From the sequence record PP885733.1: a DNA stretch of 64,000 nt; one strand, written 5' to 3'. Shown one piece after another: positions 34,855 through 44,552 of the stretch. The notes beneath the pieces are model-generated. The model was given only the letters and a program-made list of their open reading frames with translations, was not told where the DNA came from and did no database searches. The stretch's first letter is position 1, and the number at the start of each line of letters is the position of its first letter. The position numbers and the translations under genes are program-made.

Positions 34855-35331
34855 ATGTCTAATGAATTAGTCGCTAAAGATCTCAAGAAGATCGGAGCTA
34901 ATCTTTGGGATGTCCAAAGAGCGGTTCGTCAGGAAGCAGTTAACGGCGACCCTAATAAGGAAGCCACAGTTAAACTGGTTCACGAGTACGATGTTGCTTC
35001 TGGTGAATCCACAGCACATCTTCGTTGCAACACCACAACTTCTCGTCGTAATGAAACTCCACACTGTGAATCAACCACTGTTCCTGTTGAAGGAAATATG
35101 GATTATGATCCAAGCGTGGTTGACGATATCATTCTTGAACTCATCGCTGCTGTAAACGAGCGTGTTGATCTCACCATGATGGGTGAAGCCGATCTCTCAG
35201 CTGATGACATCTCCGGTTTGTTCAAACAGTACTGGAATATGGCAATGGAAGAAATGCAAGTCGAAGGCTTTGCTTCTTCTGTGGTCGTAGTTCACGGTTC
35301 CATTCTGAAAGTCACTGTAACGGTAAGCTAA
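34855..35331 (+). CDS. Hypothetical protein
   Basis: AAGGA RBS; acidic, 158 aa. Confidence 0.8.
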   Translation: MSNELVAKDLKKIGANLWDVQRAVRQEAVNGDPNKEATVKLVHEYDVASGESTAHLRCNTTTSRRNETPHCESTTVPVEGNMDYDPSVVDDIILELIAAVNERVDLTMMGEADLSADDISGLFKQYWNMAMEEMQVEGFASSVVVVHGSILKVTVTVS

Positions 35332-35846
35332 TGTTAATCCCTGAAACTGTATACCTGACCAGACAAGGTCAGCTGCACTTCGATGCGGCAAGTGCGTCTA
35401 AGCACGAGTATGTTGAATTGAATAACCCTAACCAAGAACCAGTATCAGTAAGAAGTATCGGAACCCTGGTTTACGTAGTTCGCTTTGGTGATGAACGTAA
35501 AATCACTCTGGTGGTATTCCGTTTGAATGCCAACTTCAAAGCACGCGCTGTTGTAATCCATGACGTCAAAGACGAGCAGGATAACTCAGCATTAGCGGTT
35601 GGTGTCTTCAGTCGCATACTCTCTTTCGATAACAACCGAATGGGTAATCGCGACCGCAACACTCTACTGCCAATCATTCGTCAGAGTTGCCCTCAGACTT
35701 TCCATGGCAAGTTCTGTTCACCAACCAAGACCTTACGGTTCGTTGTTAATGAAAATATCCTGAAGGTCTATGAAGCTTCTTCTAATGAAGTAGTCCTCCG
35801 CACTAACTACGTTAAAATGTCTCGTTCTATTAAGGATAAGTTGTAA
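35331..35846 (+). CDS. Hypothetical protein
   Basis: Translationally coupled (TAATG). Confidence 0.75.
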   Translation: MLIPETVYLTRQGQLHFDAASASKHEYVELNNPNQEPVSVRSIGTLVYVVRFGDERKITLVVFRLNANFKARAVVIHDVKDEQDNSALAVGVFSRILSFDNNRMGNRDRNTLLPIIRQSCPQTFHGKFCSPTKTLRFVVNENILKVYEASSNEVVLRTNYVKMSRSIKDKL

Positions 35847-36703
35847 TGATCACCCAAATTTTAAAAGCGCTAAAAGGTTCTCTGGCTCAATGTAAGAAAC
35901 ACGAAGATCCCGCTCAATACATCTATGCATTGAACTCAACATTGAACCGTTACAAATCGAATCTGTTCAACATGATTCCTAATAAGGAACTGTTGGCTTA
36001 CGATCCGAAAGAACTGTTCAACTTCCGTATTCACAGTACCTGGCGTTTACGTCCTGATTACAAGCGTGAAAGTACGATAGCTGATCGTGGTCCGATAATG
36101 TTGAGCATTAGTGGGTTTATCCCTCTGGTCGGCGAACGTCGTAATCTGGAGAAAACTCATAACCAGTCTATCCGTATTGATGACGTTATCGATCTGGATC
36201 GCATCGCTAACCTGAAGACTGACTACTATAAAGGTTTGTCTGTCGGGACCAACTCTGATTTCAAAGATGAAGAAAAACATCTTGAAGAAATCCTGGGTTG
36301 GGAAAAGCTGGATGAGTGTTCTGTGTATTACAGCATCGAGCGCGCTGTGGATGACGTTATAAACGTTGCTTTCCAGTTAAACAGTAAAGTGTATAGCGAA
36401 GTTCTGGATAAGCATCACGAAGCGTCTGCTGCACGTATGGCTGACAGCCCACTGACTAAGCGTGAGATCAAACGTGCTGAAGCTCGAGCTCGTTTGCTGG
36501 TATCTCAACCTGAACTGCAAGCTAAGTACGATGAAGTTCGTCAAGATCAACAGAACAAACATCTGTCGCTGATTGACAACTACTTCGGCAGTGCAGCTAT
36601 TAATGATAAGCCTCTTTCAGCAGCAACTCTGAAGAAGGGCGAAGTACAACGTGTTCGTAAACCTAATGCGGGATTAACGAAGAACAAACGCGGTCTCTGG
36701 TAA
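35846..36703 (+). CDS. Hypothetical protein
   Basis: Translationally coupled (TAATG), 285 aa. Confidence 0.8.
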   Translation: MITQILKALKGSLAQCKKHEDPAQYIYALNSTLNRYKSNLFNMIPNKELLAYDPKELFNFRIHSTWRLRPDYKRESTIADRGPIMLSISGFIPLVGERRNLEKTHNQSIRIDDVIDLDRIANLKTDYYKGLSVGTNSDFKDEEKHLEEILGWEKLDECSVYYSIERAVDDVINVAFQLNSKVYSEVLDKHHEASAARMADSPLTKREIKRAEARARLLVSQPELQAKYDEVRQDQQNKHLSLIDNYFGSAAINDKPLSAATLKKGEVQRVRKPNAGLTKNKRGLW

Positions 36704-36742
36704 TCAATACAACGGTATCGATATAGTCGATAAGGAAACATC

Positions 36743-37324
36743 ATGAAGAATCTGAACTCTCGCGAGTTTATGGAAATAGAATCCGGCGTTGGCTTTTATA
36801 ACATCGGAGTTCACCCACACATGGATAACGTTTTAACTGTGACGTTAACACCAGAACTCGGTCGAGTAGGCATTCCTGCTGAACGTTGGGCTGGTCATAT
36901 TTATACTGATAAACTATCAGTCATTTTAACGAGTGCTGATAAACACGGTGTGTACTTTTCTTATTACTCCGTCCGTCGTTTGATGGAAGGTGGAGAGGGA
37001 AGCTATTCACTGCACGCAACGTGGGAAGACCTCGGCATACACCCGTATGGTGTTACAAAAGCCGTGCTTGACGATTATCTCGTATTGCTCCAAAACTACA
37101 TCTATACGAAGTTCTTTACTCACATCCTGTCATTGGGTAGTCGTGCGCGTAGAGTTGCTCTACGGTGGTTACATGACGTACAGAGCGGTGATAAGATGTG
37201 GCGTATCAATAGTCGTTACAGTCTCATTCGTGAAGGTAATCTTTACAACATCTATCTGTGTAATAAACATCGCATGGTGACTCGTTTAGAACCTGAACGT
37301 CTCACAGCAAACATGTTCAAATAA
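36743..37324 (+). CDS. Hypothetical protein
   Basis: AAGGA RBS, 193 aa. Confidence 0.75.
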   Translation: MKNLNSREFMEIESGVGFYNIGVHPHMDNVLTVTLTPELGRVGIPAERWAGHIYTDKLSVILTSADKHGVYFSYYSVRRLMEGGEGSYSLHATWEDLGIHPYGVTKAVLDDYLVLLQNYIYTKFFTHILSLGSRARRVALRWLHDVQSGDKMWRINSRYSLIREGNLYNIYLCNKHRMVTRLEPERLTANMFK

Positions 37325-37336
37325 ACAAACATAAAC

Positions 37337-37366
37337 TCCTACTCTACCCGCAAAGGTAGAGTAGGA
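37337..37366. terminator. Bidirectional terminator between convergent genes
   Basis: TCCTACTCTACC-CGCAAA-GGTAGAGTAGGA. Confidence 0.75.
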
Positions 37367-37372
37367 TATTTA

Positions 37373-38005
37373 TCATTTCTTTTTGATCTCGCCTTCGAGG
37401 AAAGCAATGTACGCTTTTAACTCAGCGATTTCAACTGTGGCTTTTTCTAACCGTAACAAGTCAGAAGGTTCTTCCGTGATGGCAGCTTGTCGAGTTTTCT
37501 CCCACGCCTGTGACTGTTCCAGAGAAACATATCCACGAGTAGGAATAGTTCCAATGGTAGTCTTAGCGTTAGCAATTCCCAGAGAGTTTTTGACGTAGTT
37601 GTTAATATGATCAACGGCTGCGTTAACGCGATCTTTCAGTGCAGGAGGAACAGCACCTAAGTCAGCGATAATACAGAAGCGTTCATATACAACACCGTCT
37701 ACCAATGGGAACGACTTGAAGTAGCTCGAGATCACATATACCGGAGGACTATTGCGGGATGTCAGCGTTACAACTACAGCGCCTTCATCAATAGCCCTTT
37801 GCAATACAGTCTGATAGTCATTAGCGTCCACACCAACTGGCTGAAATACCAACTTGAACAAGTCAAGCTTCATAGCCTGCATTTCAGGGATGGTACGTAC
37901 TGCTTCCACCGTGTAGAACGTTTCCTGTTTTACAACATTGTCAAACGGTGGGTTGGCTGTGAACGATCCCGACGCATAGACTGCTGGGATAATGTTCTCA
38001 CTCAT
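37373..38005 (-). CDS. Putative virion structural protein
   Basis: 210 aa, coupled to the 445-aa gene; lies in the phiKZ-like core block. Confidence 0.65.
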   Translation of the reverse strand: MSENIIPAVYASGSFTANPPFDNVVKQETFYTVEAVRTIPEMQAMKLDLFKLVFQPVGVDANDYQTVLQRAIDEGAVVVTLTSRNSPPVYVISSYFKSFPLVDGVVYERFCIIADLGAVPPALKDRVNAAVDHINNYVKNSLGIANAKTTIGTIPTRGYVSLEQSQAWEKTRQAAITEEPSDLLRLEKATVEIAELKAYIAFLEGEIKKK

Positions 38006-39339
38006 TCAACGATAACTCCGTCTTTAACGAATTGATAGCGGGTGATCATAGTGATCTTCACTTTGCTTGAACGACGCGTAATATAGAGCTTGCCGTCACG
38101 CATCACACGCTGGATACCTTTAGGAGGCATCCCGTTAGGAGTTACCACTTCACCAGCTGCCAGCATCTCTTCCAGATCGAAGATAAACTTCGCAGTGTCT
38201 TTCGACATCATACCGGCTTGAGAGTCGGTAGAAGGAATCAACTGATAATCAGGGAAAACCTGATTGATGTGGTGGAGTGCGTTGTGGTTCTTAGGCTTTC
38301 CAACGAAGCCCATCTTCGCAGACTTATAAAGGTGCGGTACGATTTGCAGGGATTCTATGACTGCGTCATTACCCCACAGAGCGCAATATTTCAGTGGTAA
38401 CACTGTTCCGTCTTTATAGGTGAAGATCGGGGTGTAAGTAGAACCTGCCACAGTTTCGTTGACGAGACCCAGTTCGTTCCAATAAGGAACTACTGCGAAT
38501 TCCAACGGGTTGAACAAATCGGGAATAACATCGGCCCATTTGTCTTCTGGGTATTTGGAGTGATCAAGAATACATTTCTTAATCGCTTCATAGGTTTCTT
38601 CTTCAGCGTCGTTAGGGTTACCGTAATAAATGATAGTCCAGAACCCCATGTTCTTTTGAGGAACGTTAATGAGGTCATAGATATCGAAGCCCATAACGAT
38701 TCGCTCAGTAGGGGGCTGGTAAGTACCTTTTCCACCCAGTACTTTGTCGACACGATCCTGAATCTTGTCAGTAGTCTCAGCATTTAAGCGATCACGCACT
38801 TGCTTGTAGTTACTGTCAGCCAGGAAGTCAATGTCGTCAATTGGAATTGGATGTACGACGTAAATTTCACGATATGGGAATTCGACAGCGAAGAAATCGT
38901 TGGCAAACCAGATCTTGAATTCGTGAACAACACCGCCAGCAGCGTAAGTGAAGTTAATGCTGGAAGGCATCCAGATGTCGTTATTCGTGACCATCTGGTT
39001 AACAGCTTTCCACTCCCACCCTGTGGTGTAGTTAGCTTTCAGCAACTGCAGACAGCCTTGTGGGGAGTCAGTAGTTTTCTTCGCCTTAGCTTGTTCAAAT
39101 AACCAGGCCATCATTTCGATGATTGGTTCGTAGTGAGTTTTCGGAATCTGCTCGTACATCGAGGTATCGGAGACTCCACGGAAGCCAACTAACCCGACTG
39201 GCTTACCATCTTTGAAATAGAAGTCTGGCTCCTTGGAATAGGAGATGGATTTGTTCGTCAACTCTCCGATCGGAGAAGTAGAACCATTGATGACCAAATC
39301 CTTATTAACACAAAAGCAACTGTAGAGGTTCGTTGACAT
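38002..39339 (-). CDS. Putative virion structural protein
   Basis: 445-aa ORF with AAAGG RBS; function inferred from context only. Confidence 0.65.
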   Translation of the reverse strand: MSTNLYSCFCVNKDLVINGSTSPIGELTNKSISYSKEPDFYFKDGKPVGLVGFRGVSDTSMYEQIPKTHYEPIIEMMAWLFEQAKAKKTTDSPQGCLQLLKANYTTGWEWKAVNQMVTNNDIWMPSSINFTYAAGGVVHEFKIWFANDFFAVEFPYREIYVVHPIPIDDIDFLADSNYKQVRDRLNAETTDKIQDRVDKVLGGKGTYQPPTERIVMGFDIYDLINVPQKNMGFWTIIYYGNPNDAEEETYEAIKKCILDHSKYPEDKWADVIPDLFNPLEFAVVPYWNELGLVNETVAGSTYTPIFTYKDGTVLPLKYCALWGNDAVIESLQIVPHLYKSAKMGFVGKPKNHNALHHINQVFPDYQLIPSTDSQAGMMSKDTAKFIFDLEEMLAAGEVVTPNGMPPKGIQRVMRDGKLYITRRSSKVKITMITRYQFVKDGVIVE

Positions 39340-39375
39340 AAGACAACCTTTAGGTTATAATGAACTATTACTGGA

Positions 39376-39816
39376 ATGCGGTGGGCACAGAAGATGAACT
39401 TATTTATTCAGGAGCTGATTAACAGGTTAATTAACTACCTGGTTAAGATCTCCAAAGGTGACACATACGAAGAGAAGATCGAACAGCTTCTGAGAAAAAC
39501 CTTTGTTGTCGTTTTCTTCACTTTGCTCTTAACAACTACAATGACTTTCAAGTACCTCGTTTCATCTTGGTATCTGAAAGACCTTGAGAAGGGAATCACA
39601 AAGATTGATCAGTTCATGAGTATTCAGCAAACTCAGATCAACCAGTTGTTCAAAGTGAATGCTGATCAGTTAGCACGTATCCAGTCCCTCAAAGAAGGGG
39701 CACGAGAAATGTTAACTGATATTCATACCTTAGCCAAGGATAACCAAAAGCTCATGAAAGAGAACGAAGAACTCAAGGAAAAGGCTAAGAAGAAAACTAA
39801 GGACAAAAGTAATTAA
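39376..39816 (+). CDS. Membrane-anchored coiled-coil protein
   Basis: TM segment TFVVVFFTLLLTTTMTF followed by a heptad-like helix. Start may be 39394. Confidence 0.7.
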   Translation: MRWAQKMNLFIQELINRLINYLVKISKGDTYEEKIEQLLRKTFVVVFFTLLLTTTMTFKYLVSSWYLKDLEKGITKIDQFMSIQQTQINQLFKVNADQLARIQSLKEGAREMLTDIHTLAKDNQKLMKENEELKEKAKKKTKDKSN

Positions 39817-39863
39817 AGACATGGATGTCCATAGGTTGTTACATAACAAAACGTCAGGAACAA

Positions 39864-41288
39864 ATGATGAACATTGTTTATTACATAGTCAGTTCTGCAC
39901 TCAAAGATAAAGGTGTCGGTGTATCTGGAGGGCATGGATACAGCTATGATCCAACCAATGAGAGCAAACGCAAACTGAGTAAAGATGTACCTTCTGTGTA
40001 TGGTTACTTTGTAAATGGGAACTATCAAAGTATCGCAGTGGATATGATCGATATTTACAACGGTCGTGTCATTCGCAGACCAAATGAGACAGAAGCATTC
40101 CTTCTTAATCTGGAACTCATTATTAAAGAGTGGGTGAAAGATAAGCAGGAAGGTAATAAGCTACTGGTTATCACCAACTGTATCAAGGGACAAAAGATGT
40201 TGGCCAATAACCGACATCCTGACAGTCTGGACGCTGAAGTATTTAAGCGTGTTTACGACCTTTGGAAAGAGCACGAGAAAAGCATCATCATTGATGTTGA
40301 GTATTATGCCAAAGGTGGTGAAGGTCCTAAAGTAGCTCATAAACAGATGGAAATGGCAATAGCACTTTGTGATCTCCCATCAGCTGAAGAACTCACTCTC
40401 GACAAAATGGATTTGAAGGCATACAAGGATCCCGAGATTGATTTCAACAAACTGGTCACGGCTTCTCGTTGGTATTTCAATACCGGAGATAAATCTGACT
40501 TCTTTGATATTGACGCTGACGGGTATCGCAAGTACACGTTCGGTCGGGTTGACCCTGACAAGAACTACTACGGCAAAGCAACTCCCGATGTTTATTACTC
40601 TGCCCTTTACACTAAAACTCCCATTACTGTATTGGACAAACTGTTCACGTTCTGTCAAAAGAACAAACCCAACCCTTACAACATTATGAGTGCTGGCAAC
40701 CTCAACCACATTAAGTCAAAAGAAGTGGCTCGTATTATCGATGTCCTTCCTGGTACCATTACCAAGACCGAACTGGTTGCACCGATGTCAATCGGCAGTA
40801 CTGAAAATGCGGCATTGGTTGAGTTCATCGATCCACCTGGTTTGTCGTACCGTATCCGTGACTTCCACGATCGTCTCAATCTGATTCATACCTTCTTCCG
40901 TAAACGCGATGAGAAAGGTGAGTATCAGAAGAACAAGTTCGTCGACATCACTGATCTGTTCTTCGCCAAAGATCCAAAAGGTAAACTCAAGATTCATCCT
41001 GACTTTACCAACAACACGTTGAAGATGCAAGTTCCTATTGAAGCACCGAACTGCGTGAAGCCGGTTGTCATCAACTTGTCTATCAAGTACGACACTCCTG
41101 AGCGTAATGCATTGAACAGTCTGATTGCTAACAAGGTCGAAGAAGTGAAAGTCTATCTGGCCTTGGACTTCAATGATGACTCCGGTGTGAGTTACTGTAC
41201 CATTGTCAGTACTCCTGACTTTGACTACATTCACTCCAACAGCATTGCTAACCTTCGTGTCTACAGTTTGAAAGAGCTGGGCAAATAA
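39864..41288 (+). CDS. RNase H-like protein (catalytic residues appear degenerate)
   Basis: GVSGGHGYSY, PNETEAF, LVITNC and GEGPKVAHKQMEMA follow the RNase HI motif order. Located near uvsX and the RNAP beta fragment. Confidence 0.55.
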   Translation: MMNIVYYIVSSALKDKGVGVSGGHGYSYDPTNESKRKLSKDVPSVYGYFVNGNYQSIAVDMIDIYNGRVIRRPNETEAFLLNLELIIKEWVKDKQEGNKLLVITNCIKGQKMLANNRHPDSLDAEVFKRVYDLWKEHEKSIIIDVEYYAKGGEGPKVAHKQMEMAIALCDLPSAEELTLDKMDLKAYKDPEIDFNKLVTASRWYFNTGDKSDFFDIDADGYRKYTFGRVDPDKNYYGKATPDVYYSALYTKTPITVLDKLFTFCQKNKPNPYNIMSAGNLNHIKSKEVARIIDVLPGTITKTELVAPMSIGSTENAALVEFIDPPGLSYRIRDFHDRLNLIHTFFRKRDEKGEYQKNKFVDITDLFFAKDPKGKLKIHPDFTNNTLKMQVPIEAPNCVKPVVINLSIKYDTPERNALNSLIANKVEEVKVYLALDFNDDSGVSYCTIVSTPDFDYIHSNSIANLRVYSLKELGK

Positions 41289-41290
41289 AA

Positions 41291-41332
41291 CATAATCCCC
41301 TTACCCCTCCGCAAGGAAGGGTAAGGGTTATG
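41291..41332. repeat. CATA-hairpin-TATG element, copy 2
   Basis: CATAATCCCCTTACCCCTCC-GCAA-GGAAGGGTAAGGGTTATG at a convergent junction. Confidence 0.8.
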
Positions 41333-41336
41333 TCTG

Positions 41337-42383
41337 TTACATAGCTTCCATCAGCTGACGGATGTATTCTTCAGTAGCACCATCAGTGTTTGCAATAGCA
41401 GCGCGCAGTGCATCTTTAATAATACCTTCCTCAACACCCTTAATCGCTTTCTGAGACAGGGAGTTAATGCTGACGATGGTATCACGGTAGATGGCCGCAA
41501 TCTCTGTGAGAAGCTTCACAATGGCCACACAACGACTTAACTGACGACCTTCATCAGTATGTTCGTGACCTTTGTATTTCTCGTTCAGATGATCAAGAGC
41601 GACAACAGCCTTGGCGAGTTCTTTCTGAGCTTCTTCGGAACGTTCAACCATTGCTTTAGCACGTTTAGGGAATGCCGTCTGGTTTTCCCTTGTCCAGTGA
41701 GCTTCTGCATTGCGAGCAGAGTCAACAATGAAACTCCACTCATGATCGATACCGAGTAAGTCTCGAGCACTCCCATCTGGGTCGATACGTTTAACTTCGG
41801 CAGCTCGCGTGTTCAAGCTACGAATCATCCCAGCTACTTTGGAAGCGATATCGTTAACCACGGTACCGGTGATTTTCTCTTCCAGTTGTTCTGGAGTAGT
41901 CACATCTGGAATATCAACCTTTTTGATTTCTTCGTTGACAGCCTTCTTAACTTCAGGAGGCATACGCTTGATGATGCGCATTACGCCTTCATCTTTGTCA
42001 TACTTAATATGAGCATCGATGCCCTGGTCGCGCAGTTCTTTAACACGCTTAACCAGAACGAGATCTTCAACGATCATCTTCTTGGCTTCGTCGTATTCTT
42101 TCTTAGAAGAACCGGTGAACCAACCACGAATGGTTTTGATCAGCTCTTTGATCCACTCATAAACCTTACGAGCACCTTTCTTAATAGAGTCAAGGAAACC
42201 TTCTTGACCGTCGAAAGAGATACCATTCAGAGTGAACACCGTTGATGCGTAGGTGGATTCAAAACCATCTACACTGCCGGACGGACCGGCAGCTACGATA
42301 GATTCGAAACCAGCAGCGAGGTTGTAGGCATTATCGAATTCTTGTTGAATTGATTCCATACCTGCGATTGCTACAAGTTCCAT
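41337..42383 (-). CDS. Internal-head-type virion protein
   Basis: N-terminal AGME/AGFE/GFE/GQE motifs resemble phiKZ-like prohead protease sites, followed by EGFLDSIKKGARKVYEWIKELIKTIRGWF. Confidence 0.7.
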   Translation of the reverse strand: MELVAIAGMESIQQEFDNAYNLAAGFESIVAAGPSGSVDGFESTYASTVFTLNGISFDGQEGFLDSIKKGARKVYEWIKELIKTIRGWFTGSSKKEYDEAKKMIVEDLVLVKRVKELRDQGIDAHIKYDKDEGVMRIIKRMPPEVKKAVNEEIKKVDIPDVTTPEQLEEKITGTVVNDIASKVAGMIRSLNTRAAEVKRIDPDGSARDLLGIDHEWSFIVDSARNAEAHWTRENQTAFPKRAKAMVERSEEAQKELAKAVVALDHLNEKYKGHEHTDEGRQLSRCVAIVKLLTEIAAIYRDTIVSINSLSQKAIKGVEEGIIKDALRAAIANTDGATEEYIRQLMEAM

Positions 42384-42392
42384 TGTGTTTCC

Positions 42393-44537
42393 TTAGAAGA
42401 GGTCAGCCATTGTGACACGTTTGATTGTTGGACGATGTGTAAATTCTTCAGTGAGCAATTCTTGCGTGGCCATGATGGTGTGTTCGTTAACAGCACCACG
42501 AGTTTCAAAGCCAATGAGCTGACGCCAACTCCAAGCTTCGGAACCAACCATCTTCATAGAGGAACCTGCAACCTGAGTAGGAAGCTTACCACCACCAAGA
42601 AGAATCTCAACCTGCTCTTTAGACCATTCCATGATATCGATAGAGCGAGACGTGATGTTCTCTTCTTTACCGGTATCCAGGTCGATCATATTAACAAAGC
42701 ATTCCTCATCCTGACCTTTACGGTAGATACGAGCAATGGTCTGTTTCAGTTCATAAGAACGGAATGGAGCATTCATCAGAATTAACTGGTTAGCCATAAT
42801 TAACGGGTAACCTTCACGTAAGGTGTTGTAGGTGGTAATCAGTACCGGGATAGTTGGATCATCACCGAACTTGTTAACGACCTTATCAATGTCCTTACTG
42901 TTCTCACCGCTTACGGAAAGAGACTTAATCCCTTCACGTTCGAAGTAACGTTCCAGCTCTTTGATAACTTCGATATAGGAAGTAAAGATAACTGTCTTCT
43001 TCTTAACCGAAGCGATCATTGCTGGGATACCTGCATGTTCAATAATGTCACGCACAGCTTGCATACGAGCTTGTGACAGAACACGACCTAAAGCTTCACC
43101 ACGGATCTTCAAGCCAACGTACTTAACGGCAGACTTGATATGACGGAAGTATTTGAGATCCTCACCACGGAGTTCGTGTTCGATCTTATCTTCCACCTTG
43201 TGGCAGAACTTAGACTTGTCGGCATCAGTGAAGTTATTGTAACCGTGCTTCTGGAAGTAGTTAACAATCTCAATGTATTTATCGAGTTCAGCTTCTTCAA
43301 CCATATCACCAGAGATCCACTGACGATAACCATCCACATACTTCTTCCAGTCGGAAGTGTACTGAGGCATCATTTTGTGGTAGAACGCAACGCGCTCTGT
43401 GATGAAGTCCATCATCTCTGCACGGATACTTGCCAGGGTATAACGATCGGCCCCTTCAAACGCAACAGGAACCATAACAGGTTCTGGAGGTGAATCCATC
43501 CCTTCGATCTTGGTAATCGTATATTTGATACGACCCAGACGGTGCGCCAACATTTCGTTAAGGAATGCGTTATCACGACCGTACATCTTAAGGAAGTCTT
43601 GTTGCACAGCTTTATCAAAGAACTTGTCAATGATAGTAAACAGTGCGAAGGTTTCACGACCTTGTGCTTTGATAGGAGTACCGGACATAAACAGAACGTC
43701 AGATACAAACTTGTGAGAACATAACTCGATCAAACCTTGAGTCTGTTGAGACTTGTGTTCGTTGTAGTTATGAGACTCATCGACGATAACTTTAACTGGC
43801 TCTTTACCACCCTTGGTAACTTTAGTCAGGAAGTCGTCGTAATCCCCTGCACGGAGGTTTTCTTTATAGATAATGAAATACTGCTTATCCAGGTGATCGA
43901 TCATCCTGGTGCCGTCTAGAGACGTCCAGATATCTGGCTTCTCACGGAAGTACTCATTCGTCATTTCATTAACCCATGGTTTGTTGACCAGGTGTTTAGG
44001 AACGACGATAACAGTTTTATAAGGTGAGATCATTTCTGACCAGACTAAACTGGTGAATGTCTTACCTGAACCTGGCTCTGCATCAAGCAGACAACCACGG
44101 AGTTGATAACCATGCTTGATTCGGGAATAGTCTTCCAGGAACTCACGCTGGTTAACGAAAGGAGTGTAGCGGAACTTCTTCAGCGCCTTATCAACATCAT
44201 AAGGGGCGTACTGCTGGAAGGTTGTTTCGATCCACGTCTTTCTTTTGATTTCATCGAAGAGTTGCTTGTACTTATACATACCAACACGATAGCGATCTAC
44301 CTGACGCTTATTCTTGTTGGTTGTAAAGTGATCCAGAATCCAAGCTAACTCTACCGTAAAGAACTTATGAATACGAAAGCGTCTTGCGTTAACTTTGATG
44401 ATCATTCGGTTGAAGATAACCGATGTTCCAAAGTTGGCCCTTAAGTCGATTTCAAAGTGGTTTAAATTTATACCACTTATGTCATAGTAAGAGCCGACAC
44501 TTTCCACACTAGGTGTAAAGCTAAAAAATTCCAACAT
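42393..44537 (-). CDS. SNF2/SF2-family helicase
   Basis: DAEPGSGKT (Walker A), IVDESHN, MSGTP, TLREG and IARIYRKGQ motifs. Confidence 0.9.
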   Translation of the reverse strand: MLEFFSFTPSVESVGSYYDISGINLNHFEIDLRANFGTSVIFNRMIIKVNARRFRIHKFFTVELAWILDHFTTNKNKRQVDRYRVGMYKYKQLFDEIKRKTWIETTFQQYAPYDVDKALKKFRYTPFVNQREFLEDYSRIKHGYQLRGCLLDAEPGSGKTFTSLVWSEMISPYKTVIVVPKHLVNKPWVNEMTNEYFREKPDIWTSLDGTRMIDHLDKQYFIIYKENLRAGDYDDFLTKVTKGGKEPVKVIVDESHNYNEHKSQQTQGLIELCSHKFVSDVLFMSGTPIKAQGRETFALFTIIDKFFDKAVQQDFLKMYGRDNAFLNEMLAHRLGRIKYTITKIEGMDSPPEPVMVPVAFEGADRYTLASIRAEMMDFITERVAFYHKMMPQYTSDWKKYVDGYRQWISGDMVEEAELDKYIEIVNYFQKHGYNNFTDADKSKFCHKVEDKIEHELRGEDLKYFRHIKSAVKYVGLKIRGEALGRVLSQARMQAVRDIIEHAGIPAMIASVKKKTVIFTSYIEVIKELERYFEREGIKSLSVSGENSKDIDKVVNKFGDDPTIPVLITTYNTLREGYPLIMANQLILMNAPFRSYELKQTIARIYRKGQDEECFVNMIDLDTGKEENITSRSIDIMEWSKEQVEILLGGGKLPTQVAGSSMKMVGSEAWSWRQLIGFETRGAVNEHTIMATQELLTEEFTHRPTIKRVTMADLF

Positions 44538-44552
44538 TATTAAGGACCTTAA

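Noticed and set aside
39376-39816. TM plus coiled-coil protein as an i-spanin
   Set aside because: No overlapping or adjacent lipoprotein o-spanin and no lysis cassette; left as hypothetical.
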